Shown: one piece after another, positions 60,641 to 64,000 of the stretch | How positions within the stretch are numbered: position 1 is the stretch's first letter | Layout: every line of letters begins with the position of its first letter | Source of the DNA: Mobula hypostoma | Taxonomy: Eukaryota | Assembly: GCF_963921235.1 (NCBI RefSeq) | Contig: NC_086108.1 | Location: 100,070,001 to 100,134,000 of the forward strand | Direction: 5' to 3' | DNA length: 64,000 nt | The notes under the pieces: generated by a model | What the model saw: only the letters and a program-made list of their open reading frames with translations | Databases searched by the model: none | Told to the model about the DNA's origin: nothing | Translations under genes and position numbers: made by a program

Positions 60641-61079
60641 CTCAGCATTACATCCTTGCTTTTATATTCTAGCCTTTTCGAAATGAATGCTAACATTGCG
60701 TTCATTTTGAGAGGACTAGAATACAATTAGAAAATCATGTGGCTTATTCTTTGAATAAGCCACTTGATGTTCTAATTACCACTCAAGCGGAAACCAAGCG
60801 CAGACACCATGAGAACTTGCCTCCTGCATGTTATATACTGGTGCTAATATAGTAATGCACCCACTGTTAATGAATCTTTCTGAAAGTTTCTTCAAATCCT
60901 TTACACTCAACCTCTGCAAATTAAGCAAATCTTCAAGAGTTACACTGCCAGCTGGCTCCATAATTGCAGTATTAATTTGGGTCTTGAAAGAAAGTCTGTG
61001 ATGTTTATTAATTAGAGGCACATGTCAAATATGGACAGATTTTCAGTCATTTTGATTCCTCCTTATCAGATGGAAGGCA

Positions 61080-61572
61080 GCAGTGGAGAGCAGTGATCAG
61101 AAGTGGAAAGGGTGAGCGGATTTAAGTTCCTGGGTGTCAACGATTCTCAGGATTTATTCTGGGTCCAACAGATCAATGCGATTACAAAAAAGGCACAACG
61201 GTGGCGATAGTTCATTAGGAGTTTGAGGAGATTTAATATATTACCAGAGACTGGCAATTTTCTATAGGTGTACCATGGAGAGCATTCTGACAGGTTGCAT
61301 CTCAGTCTGATATGGAGACTCCAATGCACGGGATCGGAAAGAGTTGGAAAAAGCTGCGGTGGGTTGTAAATTCAGCCAGCGTGGGCACTAGCTTTCCCTC
61401 TGTTGAAGACGACTTCAAAAGGCGACACCTCAGGAAGGAGGCGTCAATCATGAAGGACTCTCACCATCCAGGACATGCCCTCTTTTCATTGCCACCATCA
61501 GAGAGGAAGTACAGGAACCTGAAGACACACACTCCATCATCTGGGAACAGCTTCTTCTCCTCCACCATCAGG
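61080..61572 (+). mobile_element. Rex1/Babar 3' ORF fragment
   Basis: FKFLGV, FYRCTMESILTGCI, HPGHALFSLPPSERKYR. Confidence 0.75.
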
Positions 61573-61659
61573 TCTTCCTTCTCCCCTAGATGAGCTGCCA
61601 GCCACGGCTGATGAGTCCCAGACTGATTTTAAGGCACCAGTAACTCGCCTTTCCCCCTT

Positions 61660-61807
61660 CTCCTGTCGGTAGAAATGGTCCTGCCAGGCCTAGTAGCTAA
61701 GCCACTCATGAAGGCCAGGAGCGGGACTTAGCTGTCAGAGGCTATTTGAGGTGCACGTCATTGGGAGCATTTAATAGGTAGAGGGAGCTTATCCCCATTA
61801 TCAGCCC
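61660..61807 (-). ncRNA. Candidate HDV-like ribozyme in a putative retroelement 5' UTR fragment (about 61573-61820)
   Basis: P2 CUCCUG/CAGGAG, P3 GCC/GGC around UUCAUGAGU, GG, short P4, J4/2 CCGA. The P1 arrangement is non-canonical. Confidence 0.35.
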
Positions 61808-63159
61808 TGGCTATAACAACATCAATAGCAACATTACCATTCCTGGAACCAAATGACCACAAGTGACAATGAAGGAACAATACATGTGTAAATCATACTG
61901 TCTTGGAGAGGAATTGGTTGATGGTTGTGTTCTGTGCTCCTGTTGCTTTTGTTCTTACTAGTCACAGAAGTCAAGAATTGTGAGTTGCCATCAGGGTAGC
62001 TTAGACAAAAGAGTACAATGTATTCTGTGGTGTAGCAGTTAGCGCAGTCACTTTACAGCACCAGCAGGGTTTGATTCCCGACGTATCGGTAAGGATAGTT
62101 CTCCCTGCAACTGCCTGGGTTTTCTCACACTTTCCAAAGACATACGGTTAGCGTTAGTGCATTGTGTGGATGCTACGTTGGCACCAGCGGTATGGCAACA
62201 CTTGCAGACTGTCCCCAGCACAACCCTCTGAATGTGTTGGTCATTGTCGCAAAAAAAAGAAGCATTTCACTCTATGCTTCGATGTTTCGATGCACATATG
62301 ACAAACAAATCTTCAAAATCTTTAAGTGATACATACTGAGAGCTGCAATGCACTGGCAATGAAGGGAGCGATAAAGGAGGCAGACAGATCCCCAGTCGTG
62401 GGAGCAGATTTATCTGAGATGATGCTGAGATACTTGAGTGTTGATGAAGCTGCACTTATTCAGACAGATGCTATTGACCAAAAGTGAACTCTCCCCAGCC
62501 CTTCACAACCCCTTTGGATAAGAGCAATTTTTAGTTTGTTCCCAGTGATTCCCTCTCCTATGACGTATTCCCAATTTCATGCACAGCATCGGGAAGAGGA
62601 ATGGAGTGAAGTGTGCCTGAAAAGAGCTGGGGATTTTTTAATATCCAGCCAAACCTTCAGACTAAGTTTGAGTTCAATGTCTCACTGGGAGTAAATGTTT
62701 CAGCAGTTGTAAAGATGACTGCCCAGATCAGAAGGCCTTGGATTCATTGAATTGGTAATTAGTTCACTAGTGAAACGATTACATTGAAAAGCTTTGTCTC
62801 TCGTGCCATCCATACAGTTCATTTCATCATATCAGAACATCAAGGTAGGAAAAGGGAAAAGCAAAAACAAAATGGAGAATAAAGTGTTACAGTTGTAGAG
62901 AAAGTGCAACACAGGCAGACAATGGGGTGCAAGACTATAACGACGTAGATTAAGAGGTCAGGAGTCCATCTTATTGTACAACAGGTCTCTTTGAGAATTG
63001 TTATGGTGGGGTAGAAGCTGTCCTTGAGCCGATTGGTATGAAGCCTGGTAGCTCTGGCATTCATACTGATCAGTATTTCTCCAATGTCAGCAAATCACTT
63101 TGGAATAAACATCAACAGAAATATATAAAACTATTAAAGGGAGCTCTGTAAGACAAGAA

Positions 63160-63700
63160 GACATAGAAGTAGAATTAGGCCATGCATCCCATCAAGTCTG
63201 CTCCACCATTCCATCATGGCTGATTTATTATCCCTTCTCAACCATATTCTCCTATCTTCTCTCTGATGGCCCTACTAATCAAAAACCTATCAACCACCAT
63301 TTTAATTATATCCAATGATGGCCTCTACAGCTGTATCAGGCAATGAATTCCAAAGATTCACCACCATTTGGCTGAATAAGTTCCTCCTCAACTCTTTTCT
63401 AAAAGAACATCTATTTTGAGGCCATGTCCCTTGGTCCTAGTCTCTCCCACTATTGGAAACATCCTCCCCACATCCTCTCTATCTAGGCCTTTCATTATTC
63501 AATAGGCTTCAGTGAGACTGCCCTCGTTCTTCTAAAACCCAGCAGGTACTGACCTAGAGGGATCAAAAGTTCCTCAAGCATTAAGTCTTTCATTTCTGGG
63601 ATCATTCACATGAATCTCCTCTGGACCCTTTCCAATGCCAGCATCGTTTCTCAGATCAGGAGCCCAAAACTGCTCACAATACCCTAAATGCCACATGTCA
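63160..63700 (-). mobile_element. Decayed CR1 LINE 3' portion
   Basis: Homologous to 5530-6212 and 59650-60230. Confidence 0.7.
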
Positions 63701-64000
63701 ATAGCTTACAACGACTCGTAATAACATGAAAACCGATGATGTCGAGAGCTTAAGGCTCTTTGTCCAGCGAAATTCTCCCACTAAAAGGGCCCCTTGAAAT
63801 TCCATCCCTTAATATCTCAGCCTCTCCAACTCCCTTTCCTTCTGAAGAATCTGATATTATATTAACAATGAACAATGACACTGAAACAATCTACAATAAC
63901 TTGGACAGGTGTGTTGTGCAAAACATTTAGAGGAATGTGGGCCAAGCACAAACAAACAGGTGGTGACCAGTATGGACAAGTTTAGGTCAAATGGGTGACT

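Larger units (their letters stand above)
59650..60700 (-). mobile_element. CR1 LINE 3' portion, interrupted
   Basis: LYKALVRPRLEYCGQFWPRYLRKDV and FFSQRLVNL. Confidence 0.85.

Noticed and set aside
61608..61614. CTGATGA as a hammerhead core
   Set aside because: No downstream stem II followed by GAAA...UH.

Overview
Eukaryotic (vertebrate) genomic DNA that is almost entirely interspersed repeats. The mix of CR1 LINEs, Rex1/Babar LINEs, V-SINE (HE1-like) SINEs and Penelope-like elements suggests a cartilaginous fish, probably a ray (inference only). The only host-gene signal I can support is two candidate + strand exons (781-814, 1916-2121) of an unidentified membrane protein. There are no rRNA genes, true tRNA genes or CRISPR arrays. 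The most interesting system is a family of Penelope-like retroelements (Neptune type: RT C-terminus, Cys linker, GIY-YIG endonuclease) with a minimal type I hammerhead ribozyme in the terminal repeat. It occurs as a size series: a young 2.04-kb head-to-head fold-back with 597-bp arms, a 642-bp pure hairpin, about 150-400-bp MITE-like palindromes, and about 90-97-bp ribozyme-only inserts, several with readable target-site duplications (TSDs). Also present are a second (Poseidon-like) Penelope lineage with a different decayed hammerhead, a candidate HDV-like ribozyme, an R4/Dong-type endonuclease fragment in a multi-level nest, an RTE LINE, two solo-LTR-like inserts and Tc1-like MITEs. Family names come from recognising motifs by eye, not from database searches. 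Boundaries of old repeats are approximate.
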